The position numbers were made by a program, and so were the translations under genes. The notes beneath the pieces are model-generated. The model had not been told where the DNA came from, searched no databases, and worked only from the letters and a program-made list of their open reading frames with translations. This document shows positions 20,045-30,606 of a stretch of DNA of 64,000 nucleotides, in pieces. Source of the DNA: Candidatus Cloacimonadales bacterium (lineage in GTDB: Bacteria; Cloacimonadota; Cloacimonadia; Cloacimonadales; DAONDQ01); the NCBI GenBank assembly GCA_963662275.1, contig OY759316.1:3488001-3552000 (forward strand), read 5' to 3'. Position 1 is the stretch's first letter, and the number at the start of each line of letters is the position of its first letter.

Positions 20045-23000
20045 TTATTTGATCATAATCATTTTCTTAGTACTCGAATATCGGCCTGCTTCCATTCTCA
20101 TAAAATACACGCCACTGCTTACACTTCTTCCACTATTGTCTACACCATTCCAATTCACTTGATTCATTCCAGCAGGTAGATCTTTTTCAACAAGAGTCCG
20201 TACTTTTTGACCAAGAACATTATAAACTTCTAATTTCACCTTAGTTTTTTCCTTTAATGAGAAGGAAATAGTAGTGGAAGGATTAAACGGATTAGGATAA
20301 TTACCCAATAACGAGGTTATCGTTGGCAATGCATGGGAATCATCGTTGCCAACCAGAGAACCTTGTCCCATCACATTTATGATGTTCGTTTGATGTGCAG
20401 GATCATCGCTAGTAATCGTTATCTGTTGGTTATAAGTAAGTATTTCAGCAGGAGTAAATATAATGTCATAGGTTGCAGATTGACCAGCTTGGATATGATA
20501 AGATAATTGTGCTTCACCATCAGTTCCAGTAGGTGCAATCGTAAATTCATTGTTGCCTGTTATCGTGCCGATCATAACGACATCACCGTTATTGGTAATC
20601 GTAATAGGTCGGATGGCATGATCTGATATAGCCACATTCCCAAAAAACAGGTCAACGGAACTAAGTACGAGAGCAGGTGTCCCTGCAGTTCCACCAATGA
20701 TTGGAAAAACAATATTATCAAGCCAGGCACAATCACTTCCTCCAGTCAAACCTACATCTTTCACGTAACGCCATTTAAAAGTATTCTGCCCGGCAGATAC
20801 ATTAAAACTATGTTGCATCCATGCAGTTTCACCAGACCACTGCTCTTGCTGAATATTATTGATGAAGAATTGAAGATAATCGTAATTTAATTCACTGGAG
20901 GTCTTACAGTAAAAGGATATCGTACCATCCTCTACAGTTGTGACAGAAACCTGCATTGATGTTGAAGCATTATGCCCGATAACTGGTGACTGAATACAAT
21001 ATATATCTGAGTAGGGATCAGCAGTTGTCAGAGTCCAAATACCACCATCGAATATCCAGGGAAATGCTGTCAGAGTACCAGATTCAAAATCTTCTCTCAC
21101 CATTCCAACAATAACATCATAATTATACTCATTTGACTGGCTGCCGGAACTTGCCGTACAATGGATTTGCTGATGTGTACCAGCCAGAATCTGACTGCTG
21201 AATGTAACTTGAAATGTTGCACTTCCTGAAGTATTGATTGCCACATTCGTAAAAGTATTGTTCATTTCCTGTACAATGAAATTAGGTATTTGTTCATTTA
21301 ATGATACTACTGTTGTGGCAGCGTCCGTATGACCAGTATTGGTAAATGGTATTGTGATAATAACTGATTCTCCTGCATCGATTCGTCCATTGTGATTCCC
21401 CTGTGAATCATTGAACTGCAATTCATCAAATTGAAAAACAGGAGCATTAAGGATCAGATTTAATTCATAATTCCAAGAGTGATTATCTGAAGCTGTAATC
21501 AAAACATGAAACTGAGCTTCATGTTGATCAGGTATATTATTCGCAACTTGTATGTGAATACCATTTCGAGTGATTATGCTCTGTTGTGGGGAAATACTAG
21601 TAATTGTGACTGTATTATTAAGAATCGTTACATATGGATCTTCTGTGCTTGCAATTACCGTAATTGAATTTGCAGCAGCCATGCCCTGGTTAAATAACGC
21701 CAGATCCCAAAAGAATGACTCTCCAGAATCTGCCTGCTGGTTATCTCCATCAGATACAATTGAATTGGATACAACGATTACTGGACCATTCCCAGAAATC
21801 ATCGGTACTGAAGATACATTCGTTACTTTATCAAAAGCTGTTACGGTTAATGTCAATTCTTGTGGTTGTTGGGGAAGATTAGCTAAATTCAGAATAGTCT
21901 GGCCTGTAGCATCTGAATAAGCAGCACCATAAATCGTTCCATTTTTTGTTAAACTAACTAAAGCTCCTGCTACCCCTGTATTCACAGTAAATGTATTTGC
22001 ACCGAACAGTAAAGCTGGATCATGAGTAATTGTGAGAGAAGTAGGAACATTAGAACGAACCTGCAGAGAGGCATCTCCAAAGATATGCCAGGTTTTAAAC
22101 ATATCACTTCCATCAGTACCATAAACTTCAATCATTTTACATGAACCGTTATAAAATAAGCCACCGACTGAAGTTTTTAGGTTTTGGCGCAGCAAATCTA
22201 TAATCTCATCTTGTCCACGCATAGGAGAATTCCACGATTGATTAATAGAAGACATATAGACAGCAATTGCACCAGTGGGATTATTATTATGCGTGGCACG
22301 CAACCACGCTTCTGCAAAACAGGTTTGATTCGTAAAATTACCATTTACACAGGCAACTGAGACAATAACAGGCAACATATTTTCATTGGTAAGTGCATCA
22401 ATATGAGAATTTGAAAAGCCGGTGGTTACCCAATATGTACTTGCACCATGACCAACATAATCTATCCATCCGCGTCCCTGGTTCAAAGCTGAACTTATTT
22501 GAGTACTCGAAGCTCCATTTGCTTCATATGCTTGATCAACCGTTGATGTACCGGGAATTGGATTTGTATGATAATTATAGCTAGTTAAATTAGTTCGGAT
22601 ATTCTCCATATGAGCTTGATCTGATTCTCCCAAATCACCATCAGAACCTCCTCCATAAATGGAAGCAATCCCAATTGCTTTATTTAACCATGTTGCTGTT
22701 ATTGGCATATCTCTTTCATAGTATATTGTTCTGCTGACTTGAGTCTGTAATTGAGCAACCGTTTCCGCAGAAAATCTACCAATAAAAATATCTGGATAAC
22801 TATCATCACCGACAATAAGGGAGTAAGCAGGATCAGCTCCACCACCATAATAAGATAATGTGGGCATTTGAGAAGAATCACCAATTAGCTGAACAAATGT
22901 TAGGTCATTATCCTCGCTGTAACGAGTCCGGATATATTGTTGTACCGCGGTAGAAGAATTACCAATCGTAGATAATTCTACCAAATCAGTCGTAATTCCC

Positions 23001-23770
23001 TTTTGGCGTTTCCAATCCACATATGGTTGTATCGCTTCCAAATAGGAAGTAGGACAAATAACGAGAAGTTTACCAATTTCATCAACCGGAGTATATTTTG
23101 TTGGATTGAAATTCATAAACTGTTTGTCATATATTGTCCCAAAATCACTTGAATAACGATTATTCGCATTTGTTAGTATGTTAATTGTGTCCAAACCCGT
23201 ATTTACGAGCCTGATTCTAATATCAGTATATACTCGAAGATTTCCCGTCTGGGGATTAAACGCAAATGGTTTAAAAGAAACAGTAATACCTCTAAAGTCT
23301 CGAATGATAAAAGGTTCCGTAATTGACACATTCGCTGTTGGATAAAAACTATTCATGTTATATACATCGGAGAATATGTAAGGAACCTGGGAAGGATCAA
23401 CATTACGTTTCAATGCGCCTTTGGAGGGAATCACAGACATGGGATATTCAATGTATTCATTGGAAATTAGTTCCAGGTTCATCTTTGCTGTGCCTGGAAT
23501 TATGATGCTACGACTCACTGTTGGAATTTCCGGATATCCTGCTTCATAGGTAACTGCTTCATTTTTTAGTTGTAACTGATAATAAAGTTGATTATTTATA
23601 GTAACCGGATATCGGTTAAAACTTCCTAGTGAAAAATGAAGGATACTCTGAGAATCGTCAGAGATGACTAATTGAACATTGTTCTCATTATGATTAACAA
23701 CAATCTGTTCTGCACATAAACTACTCAACATGAATATCATACTGAGAATAATAAACAATAAGGATTTCAT
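20045..23770 (-). CDS. C25 cysteine peptidase, Arg-gingipain-like (propeptide, catalytic, Ig, adhesin-like domains, C-terminal sorting domain)
   Basis: YTPVDE mature start, IFIGRFS, GESD, catalytic VGHG and VACVNG, PMRGQDE, FGDASL; NYPNPFNP tail. Confidence 0.9.
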   Translation of the reverse strand: MKSLLFIILSMIFMLSSLCAEQIVVNHNENNVQLVISDDSQSILHFSLGSFNRYPVTINNQLYYQLQLKNEAVTYEAGYPEIPTVSRSIIIPGTAKMNLELISNEYIEYPMSVIPSKGALKRNVDPSQVPYIFSDVYNMNSFYPTANVSITEPFIIRDFRGITVSFKPFAFNPQTGNLRVYTDIRIRLVNTGLDTINILTNANNRYSSDFGTIYDKQFMNFNPTKYTPVDEIGKLLVICPTSYLEAIQPYVDWKRQKGITTDLVELSTIGNSSTAVQQYIRTRYSEDNDLTFVQLIGDSSQMPTLSYYGGGADPAYSLIVGDDSYPDIFIGRFSAETVAQLQTQVSRTIYYERDMPITATWLNKAIGIASIYGGGSDGDLGESDQAHMENIRTNLTSYNYHTNPIPGTSTVDQAYEANGASSTQISSALNQGRGWIDYVGHGASTYWVTTGFSNSHIDALTNENMLPVIVSVACVNGNFTNQTCFAEAWLRATHNNNPTGAIAVYMSSINQSWNSPMRGQDEIIDLLRQNLKTSVGGLFYNGSCKMIEVYGTDGSDMFKTWHIFGDASLQVRSNVPTSLTITHDPALLFGANTFTVNTGVAGALVSLTKNGTIYGAAYSDATGQTILNLANLPQQPQELTLTVTAFDKVTNVSSVPMISGNGPVIVVSNSIVSDGDNQQADSGESFFWDLALFNQGMAAANSITVIASTEDPYVTILNNTVTITSISPQQSIITRNGIHIQVANNIPDQHEAQFHVLITASDNHSWNYELNLILNAPVFQFDELQFNDSQGNHNGRIDAGESVIITIPFTNTGHTDAATTVVSLNEQIPNFIVQEMNNTFTNVAINTSGSATFQVTFSSQILAGTHQQIHCTASSGSQSNEYNYDVIVGMVREDFESGTLTAFPWIFDGGIWTLTTADPYSDIYCIQSPVIGHNASTSMQVSVTTVEDGTISFYCKTSSELNYDYLQFFINNIQQEQWSGETAWMQHSFNVSAGQNTFKWRYVKDVGLTGGSDCAWLDNIVFPIIGGTAGTPALVLSSVDLFFGNVAISDHAIRPITITNNGDVVMIGTITGNNEFTIAPTGTDGEAQLSYHIQAGQSATYDIIFTPAEILTYNQQITITSDDPAHQTNIINVMGQGSLVGNDDSHALPTITSLLGNYPNPFNPSTTISFSLKEKTKVKLEVYNVLGQKVRTLVEKDLPAGMNQVNWNGVDNSGRSVSSGVYFMRMEAGRYSSTKKMIMIK

Positions 23771-23833
23771 ATTTCCTCCTCTCTATTTATAAAGCGAGAT
23801 TTTGTCCCAATGGCTATAACCTCGAAATTTAAG

Positions 23834-26800
23834 CTATTTTACCAGCATCATTTTCTTTGTAGAATTTACATTTCCTGCTTGGAAGTGATACAAATACATT
23901 CCTGTTGCCACAGCATGATTCAAATCATCTTTTCCATCCCATAATATACGATGATTACCTGCTAGTAATCTACTCTTTACAAGAGTTTTTACAAGCTGAC
24001 CTTTCACATTATATATCACAACCGTTACATTTTCCGTTTGTCTGAGAGAAAAAGCAATGTAAGTACTGGGATTAAAGGGATTAGGATAATTCCCATTTAA
24101 TTCAGTCTGCAATGGTACAACGGTATTGTCGTGATTACCAACTGGCACAATTGTACCTGTTAAGCTAATATTAAATACCTGGAGATAAGGATCATTTGTG
24201 GTTATAACCAATTGGTCATTAAGTATCCCTAATGTCTCTCTGTACAAGGTTAATCTGCAAGTTTGAGAAGTTCCTGGCTCAATTGAGAAGTTGTTAACGA
24301 CCTGGTCTCCAATCATCAAAGTATAATAATCAGGGTATGTTACTGTTCCTGTAAGAGTTTGTGTACCTAGATTCTGAATCAGAAATGACTTGGTAACTGT
24401 GGTTGAATCAGCAACATTTCCAAATTCTATATTTGAACTTCCAGTGAAAAACATGGGAGCGTTTGTTATGCCTGAAGCAGGAAAAGAAATATCGTCAATC
24501 CATGCACAGTCTGATCCGCCTTGATTGCTGATATCTTTACTATATGACCATTTAAGTAAGTGTGATCCTTGAGTAATTGAATATGAAGATTGAGTCCAAG
24601 CTAACTCACCGGACCAACTATCTAGTTCAATTCCATCAATATAGAAGAGTAATTTATCATAACCCTCTTCTGAAGATACTCTTTTCCAAAACGAGACGTT
24701 TCCTGCCATCGAGACATTTAAATTCACTTCCACTGAAGTCGTCTGAAAACTTGTGACCTGACCGGATTTTAAGCAATAAGTTCCTGTATGCGGAACAAAA
24801 TTTCCTGATACCACCATCCAATTTGAAGCACCAGACATAACCCAAGGAAATGCCGACACATTTCCGGTTTCAAAACCATCCCCAATATTGCCGATCTGTA
24901 TCATTGATGAAGTAATCGTGTTGCAATTCTCTCCTTGTATGGATATTCCAATCGGCAGAAGAATTCCAATAGCCACATCAGGGGATATGACAATATGACA
25001 ATTAAGAGTAGTATTCTGGTCTACATTCAAGCCCGATGAGATATCTGTTATCCCCTCGGAAATTGATAAAAGATGATTATTACTAACAATTACTGCATGG
25101 ATAGAAGAGCTGTTTGCATGACCTGTGTTGGAAATCGGAATGCTGAATTGAACGGTTTCTCCGGGATCATATGAATTATTCCCATTCCCTGTTATTTCCG
25201 TTATTATGGGACTTCCAATCAAAATATTCGGGGCATTAATGACAATATTCTCTTGGGCAATCCAATGCCCTGAATTAGCATCTGTCATGGTAATGGTAAG
25301 TGGAACACTATGCTGATCAGGAGCGTTATTCAGAACAGTAATATGATAAGCAGCGTTTATCGTGACAGTAGAATTTGCCCCAATATTAAGAGCAGAAGTC
25401 GTACTTGTATTCAAAATCACATATGGATCTGAAGTTGATAAAACTGCTGTTACATTTTGAGCATCCTGATATCCTGCGTTATTCACAAATAAGTTAACAT
25501 TAAAGGTTTCACCAGCTTCTGCCTGATGATTGTCTCCATCGGAAATGACAAAATTAGTAACTGATAAATAGGGACCTGCTAACGGAAGTACTTGAACATC
25601 CTGGATCAGCGGTCTCCTATTGGAACGAGTGATCACGATTTGAGCATTGCCTGTTTCAGTAAACGGAACGAATGTCAAATTAATCACTCCTGATTGATCA
25701 ACTAAACCAGCTCCATGTAACACATTATTCTTAGATATTGCGACATAAGAATATGGTTCTGCACTGATTTGAACTGTGCCGATACCCATGTTAATGGTGG
25801 ATGGAAGTGTCGCTGTATTTGCATTGGGGAGTCCCATATACGGCTGAAGGGCAGGATCACCCATAATAGAATAAATTTCCCAGTATAAGTTTATATTAGG
25901 ACTATTTGCTCTTGATACTGCAAGATTACCGGAAAAAACAATTGATCCCATACTATAAATCCAATCTTCAAATGCTTCTTCATGCTCATGGAAAAGAAGA
26001 TCATATGCACCTGCTTGATTGGCAGCCCAAGGTGTACCTCCACCAACGACTGGTTTATTCCCAACTGCCCACCAATAATCTTCATCCCATAAAGTACTGT
26101 TATTTCCGCCAATATAGGCAACAGCGCCTTTATTGGATGCGCGAAGCATCGCTTCTCCAAAACAAAGTGGTGTATCAAAGTGGTTAGTAAGACAGCAATT
26201 ACCAATGGCAACAAAGTACTTGTTCGCATTTGTTAATACATTAATATTGCTGATTGTCATGTAAGGGTCATACCATTGATCAACGTCTCCGTGGGCTGTG
26301 TAATTGGCAAAACCTATTCCACTGCTCAGATTGGTTTGGATTAGAGCTTCATTGCTATTGGAGCCGGAAGAGGGATAGAGATATGTATGTGACGTAATTC
26401 CATGTTGACTATTAAAATAATTCTGTGTCCCATAATTAATCTGCCCATTTGCATTTGACGGACCAAAATTAGTATCTACTCCAGCGATCATGACAACCTG
26501 CTGCAGATAACTGGGATCAGGCATAGAAAACTGTTCATACTGAAGAGATTTATCAATTTGAGGTTGCAATTCTGCAATCGTAGTTGCAGAAAAACGACCG
26601 TAGTACATTTCAGGAATATAATCATTTCCGTGTAAACGGAAGTAGGAAAGATCTGACACATGCCCCATATCTGTTGTACTTGTCCAGGCAGGTATCTGGG
26701 GAGTGTCTCCAACAAGAAGACAAAATGAAGGGGCGGGATTGGTTGCTGTTGCAGAATCCCATACACCCTGTAAATATGTTTTAATTGCAGTCGTTGTACT

Positions 26801-27649
26801 ACCTATCGTCCCCGCTCCAGTTCCAACAATAGATACTGTTACGTTATATCCCTGGCGCACTTTCATATCTATGAAAGGTTGTAAGGTAGTTCGGAAAGAA
26901 GCTGGAGTTAATATCAGGTATCCGAGAGGATAACGATTCAATGTGGAACGTGTATCCCGAGAATAGTTGAGAACCGATTTTCTATAGACTGATTCAAAAG
27001 CAAAGGATGCTGTTCTGGCAAGCAACTCAGTTGTCGCTGCCATATTTGCACCATCAAAATTTACCCTCATATCAACTTCAGAAACTACTTTGATCATTCT
27101 AGATACAGGATTATAACGTACTGGAACAAAATCCAGAGCAAAAAGACGGACACCACGCATATAGCCTAATTCGGTTACCTGGACAAGCGGTATACTGGAA
27201 TAGCTATCTGTATAATAACTTAATGTGTTGTATTCAAATGGCACATTCCCAGGTTCCTGATTTTTTGAAAGAGAGGGTTGATATGGCATTATTGGATAGT
27301 GAATCTGATAATCTTCTAGAGAATATGTTTTCTCATTTGTATTGGTTATAACCACGTTCACTTGTGCCCCAACAGGTACGGAAATTATCTTACGCAATAA
27401 TGGCAATTTTGGATATCCAACCTGGTTTGTTGAAGTATAATCATTAATTGTCAACTCGTTGAACACACCGGATTTCGTAATTATTTCCTGTGACTGCAAT
27501 TCTCCAACCGAGTAATGAATATCAAAACCCATACCTGTATTATTCGTTAAATTCAATCCTGTTCCCGTAGAAGAAACAGCAATAGATTGAGATGCCCACA
27601 TTGCCGAGTTCATTGCCAGCAGAAGGGCAAAAAGGATTACTTGCCTCAT
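23834..27649 (-). CDS. C25 cysteine peptidase, Lys-gingipain-like, with C-terminal sorting domain
   Basis: RBS AAGGAG before MRQVIL; PEMYYGRFSA, DKSLQYEQFSMPDPSYL, NYTAHG, IGNCC, WDEDYWWAVG, YWEIY.IMGDP; NYPNPFNP tail. Confidence 0.9.
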   Translation of the reverse strand: MRQVILFALLLAMNSAMWASQSIAVSSTGTGLNLTNNTGMGFDIHYSVGELQSQEIITKSGVFNELTINDYTSTNQVGYPKLPLLRKIISVPVGAQVNVVITNTNEKTYSLEDYQIHYPIMPYQPSLSKNQEPGNVPFEYNTLSYYTDSYSSIPLVQVTELGYMRGVRLFALDFVPVRYNPVSRMIKVVSEVDMRVNFDGANMAATTELLARTASFAFESVYRKSVLNYSRDTRSTLNRYPLGYLILTPASFRTTLQPFIDMKVRQGYNVTVSIVGTGAGTIGSTTTAIKTYLQGVWDSATATNPAPSFCLLVGDTPQIPAWTSTTDMGHVSDLSYFRLHGNDYIPEMYYGRFSATTIAELQPQIDKSLQYEQFSMPDPSYLQQVVMIAGVDTNFGPSNANGQINYGTQNYFNSQHGITSHTYLYPSSGSNSNEALIQTNLSSGIGFANYTAHGDVDQWYDPYMTISNINVLTNANKYFVAIGNCCLTNHFDTPLCFGEAMLRASNKGAVAYIGGNNSTLWDEDYWWAVGNKPVVGGGTPWAANQAGAYDLLFHEHEEAFEDWIYSMGSIVFSGNLAVSRANSPNINLYWEIYSIMGDPALQPYMGLPNANTATLPSTINMGIGTVQISAEPYSYVAISKNNVLHGAGLVDQSGVINLTFVPFTETGNAQIVITRSNRRPLIQDVQVLPLAGPYLSVTNFVISDGDNHQAEAGETFNVNLFVNNAGYQDAQNVTAVLSTSDPYVILNTSTTSALNIGANSTVTINAAYHITVLNNAPDQHSVPLTITMTDANSGHWIAQENIVINAPNILIGSPIITEITGNGNNSYDPGETVQFSIPISNTGHANSSSIHAVIVSNNHLLSISEGITDISSGLNVDQNTTLNCHIVISPDVAIGILLPIGISIQGENCNTITSSMIQIGNIGDGFETGNVSAFPWVMSGASNWMVVSGNFVPHTGTYCLKSGQVTSFQTTSVEVNLNVSMAGNVSFWKRVSSEEGYDKLLFYIDGIELDSWSGELAWTQSSYSITQGSHLLKWSYSKDISNQGGSDCAWIDDISFPASGITNAPMFFTGSSNIEFGNVADSTTVTKSFLIQNLGTQTLTGTVTYPDYYTLMIGDQVVNNFSIEPGTSQTCRLTLYRETLGILNDQLVITTNDPYLQVFNISLTGTIVPVGNHDNTVVPLQTELNGNYPNPFNPSTYIAFSLRQTENVTVVIYNVKGQLVKTLVKSRLLAGNHRILWDGKDDLNHAVATGMYLYHFQAGNVNSTKKMMLVK

Positions 27650-27897
27650 GAATTCTCCTTCAAAAATCAATTTCAAAGCCTACATTATGATGTTAGGATT
27701 ATGTATTGTCAAGATGCTCGAATTTCATTTCCAAGTTTTACACTAATCCTATATATCATTATTTCAATCCAATATAATGCAAAAAAAGAGCCTGATATGT
27801 AGATTTTATCGAAAGTAAATGGAAGAATTGTATTTTTCTTCTGCTCCTTATAAAATCTCCATTCAGTATGAATTTAAAATATCTGCTTAACCAATAA

Positions 27898-28506
27898 TTA
27901 GAATGCCTTTTCCAACTTTGTTAATTCAATTTTTCCGACTAATGTTTTAAGAATTTCCACGTTATCAATTTGGTTCCCTTCAATACTGATACTTATCTTC
28001 TCACCAACCTGGAGGGTTAGTTTACCTGATTTGTTCTCAGCATCATATTCAGTAGTTCCTGTATAACCACTGATACGAATACTTTTAGCCCCATCGGATG
28101 ACCCACCACCATACATAGCAGCTAATCCGGCTGTTTTACCAAGTAATCCCCCTTCTGAAATTGTAAGTTCGATGGAACCATCTGCATCATTTCTATAGGT
28201 TCCTGTTGCAGTAATTGCATTGGCACTTCCCATGAAACCGCCCATCTGACCAAGTCCCTGACTTTTCTTCTCATCAAGTTTATATCCTGGAAGTATTTCA
28301 GGAATATATTTAACTAGCTCTTCCGATTGAATTTCACTGATCTTTGTAAGCGCAAAGTTGATTTCATCCTGCGCCTTTTGATAATTGTTCTGCTGAATCA
28401 GTGTTTTAGCATTATCTAAACTCGACAAGGCTTCTTCCTTGGCTGTTTGAGCTAATATTATCAACGTACATGTAGCGATTAAGCAACATAAAATGATTCT
28501 CTTCAT
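27898..28506 (-). CDS. Secreted hypothetical protein
   Basis: Signal peptide, RBS AAGGAG, 202-aa ORF. Confidence 0.7.
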   Translation of the reverse strand: MKRIILCCLIATCTLIILAQTAKEEALSSLDNAKTLIQQNNYQKAQDEINFALTKISEIQSEELVKYIPEILPGYKLDEKKSQGLGQMGGFMGSANAITATGTYRNDADGSIELTISEGGLLGKTAGLAAMYGGGSSDGAKSIRISGYTGTTEYDAENKSGKLTLQVGEKISISIEGNQIDNVEILKTLVGKIELTKLEKAF

Positions 28507-28700
28507 AAAATTCTCCTTTTCTGTCTTCTAGATTTCGTCTTTATCAATTTCAATAATCTATTACTTTGAATAGATTTTTTTGTCTATTTTTTTCTTTTGC
28601 ATTTCGATGCCAGCATTTTTTAAATACACGTAAAAGAAATGAAGTTAGGTAATATTAGAAGTTTATAAACAGTACTTAGATAGTTGAAGATATTCAGTTC

Positions 28701-28778
28701 GGAATTTAGGACGGGCTAGTTTTGTCATTAATTACTCCTTTTTCTCTAAACAAGGTCAACTTATTTAGGACTGCTTAA
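28701..28778 (-). mobile_element. Relic IS3 left end (IR, RBS and first codons of orfA) abutting a second IR-like end
   Basis: rc reads GTCCTAAATAAGTTGACCTTGTTTAGAGAAAAAGGAGTAATTAATGACAAAAC, closely matching 3238-3290. Confidence 0.7.
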
Positions 28779-28893
28779 CCTGTCCCTGTCTAAACATCCA
28801 TAGGTTTGTGGGTCATTGAAGACCAGCATCTATCATCCACTATTCAGAAACAGCAGAACTTCTTGCTCGGTAACCACTTTGATGCCGATATCC

Positions 28894-29214
28894 GTCAAAA
28901 CTTCGCTGATGTAATAATTTAGAGTAGGACGCCGATCCTGCTGAATCGTAGCACTGACTTTAGGCGGTTATTTATGTAGAGTAGGACACCGATCCTACTG
29001 AATGCATTAGCAGTAGGGGCGAATGGCATTCGTCCACATTACATTCGCATTTATAGAGAACCTGAAGGCTCTCGATACGATATCAAACAGTCTGGATGAT
29101 GCCAGAGACTACATCAAAGCCCTTGCACCATGGGTGAGTAATGATCAGATAGTCTATAACAGCAGTGAAGAACCCATTGAAGTCTCTGGAGCACACACTC
29201 CCTTTCCACCTTTT
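28894..29214 (+). repeat. Copy 1 of a duplicated REP-led cassette (copy 2 at 32782-33044)
   Basis: Shared GTCAAAACTTCGCTGATG start, GTAG-type palindromes and a 156-bp codon-aligned segment. Confidence 0.85.
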
Positions 29215-29229
29215 CATTGGAAGAGCTGA
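29023..29229 (+). CDS. Small hypothetical protein or gene fragment (paralog at 32817-33098)
   Basis: Differences from copy 2 are mostly synonymous; start uncertain. Confidence 0.4.
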   Translation: MAFVHITFAFIENLKALDTISNSLDDARDYIKALAPWVSNDQIVYNSSEEPIEVSGAHTPFPPFHWKS

Positions 29230-29384
29230 AAACGGGAGAATATCACCGATATATCGGAGATATAATATCCGATAGCCAGTGGTGAAACCTCTGGAGAAGA
29301 ATTATGATTGGATAATAATCTCTTGACAGATAATTAAAATCGGATAATTTGTATATTATTCTCTAATAATAATCCGAGGTAAAT

Positions 29385-30596
29385 ATGATAGAGAGACAGA
29401 TTGTTGCCACAATACTCAGCAAAATTGAGACACCTGAAGTTTTACTGATAACCGGTTCCAGACAGACTGGCAAGACAACAGCCCTTCGCCAGATACATAA
29501 CAGACTAATCGCTGACGGCAAAGATAGTCATTATATTACTCTGGAAGACCCCGAGTATCTCCGCGTACTTAATGTGCATCCGGATAAAATCTGGCAGATC
29601 ATCCCTCGTAACGAGAAGATGCTGCAGATTGTACTGATAGACGAAATTCAGTACCTGGATAATTCAGCTCACTTCCTAAAGTATCATTATGATCTGAATT
29701 TAGATAAACTCAAGCTAATCGTAACTGGTTCATCAGCATTTTACCTGGATCAGCATTTTAATGATTCCCTGGCAGGAAGGAAGCGGATTTACCATCTGCC
29801 TACTCTGAGTATGAGCGAGTTCCTGACTTTCAAAAACCGCCCTGAACTGTCGGTAGCATTAAACAATAATAATCCTTTAGAACTTAACCTGCAAAAGCTG
29901 CCTCTGGTGCAAAGTCGGGAGATTTTATCCTTATCAGAAGAATATATGATCTATGGTGGTTATCCGGCGGTGGTATTAGCAAGTAATTTCTCCGAGAAGC
30001 AGGAAATCTTGTATGAGTTGTTTACATCATATCTTAAAAGGGACTTTCTGGAAAGCGGGATTACACAAGTGGATAAAGCTTATCACTTGCTAAAACTGCT
30101 GGCATTTCAAGTGGGCAATGAACTCAATAAAAACAGTCTGTCAATCGAAATCGGAATATCCAAGCCTATTCTGGACAGTATGATAAGTACTTTCCAGACC
30201 ACGTTTCATCTTAGCTTGGTGCGTCCCTTTTACAACGGGCATCCCAAAGAACTGCGCAAAATGCCCAAACTATATATGATGGACTTGGGACTTCGCAACG
30301 CTATCCTCAAGAATTATAGCTCTCTTATTGACCGGGCTGACGTAGGGAAACTCTATGAAAACTATATCTTCCGCTATTTTACAGATACCCTGAGCACTGC
30401 CGAAATCCGATATTGGCGTACCCAATCCGGTCAGGAAATAGATTTCATCATTGATGATCAGCATGCCTACGAAGTAAAATGGAATGGCAAACAAATCAAT
30501 ACGAAAAAGTATGAAAAATTCAAAAACACATACCCGAATATCCCTTTACAATATATCGTTAGAAATAACTGCTTGGTTGACAGTGTATTGTTGTAA
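29385..30596 (+). CDS. AAA+ ATPase (AAA_14 + DUF4143 type, C-terminal nuclease-like motif)
   Basis: ITGSRQTGKT, LIDEIQ, VTGSS, SLAGR, YGGYP, PKLYMMDLG, YWRT..G.EIDFI...EVK. Confidence 0.88.
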   Translation: MIERQIVATILSKIETPEVLLITGSRQTGKTTALRQIHNRLIADGKDSHYITLEDPEYLRVLNVHPDKIWQIIPRNEKMLQIVLIDEIQYLDNSAHFLKYHYDLNLDKLKLIVTGSSAFYLDQHFNDSLAGRKRIYHLPTLSMSEFLTFKNRPELSVALNNNNPLELNLQKLPLVQSREILSLSEEYMIYGGYPAVVLASNFSEKQEILYELFTSYLKRDFLESGITQVDKAYHLLKLLAFQVGNELNKNSLSIEIGISKPILDSMISTFQTTFHLSLVRPFYNGHPKELRKMPKLYMMDLGLRNAILKNYSSLIDRADVGKLYENYIFRYFTDTLSTAEIRYWRTQSGQEIDFIIDDQHAYEVKWNGKQINTKKYEKFKNTYPNIPLQYIVRNNCLVDSVLL

Positions 30597-30606
30597 TCAG
30601 CTCTTA

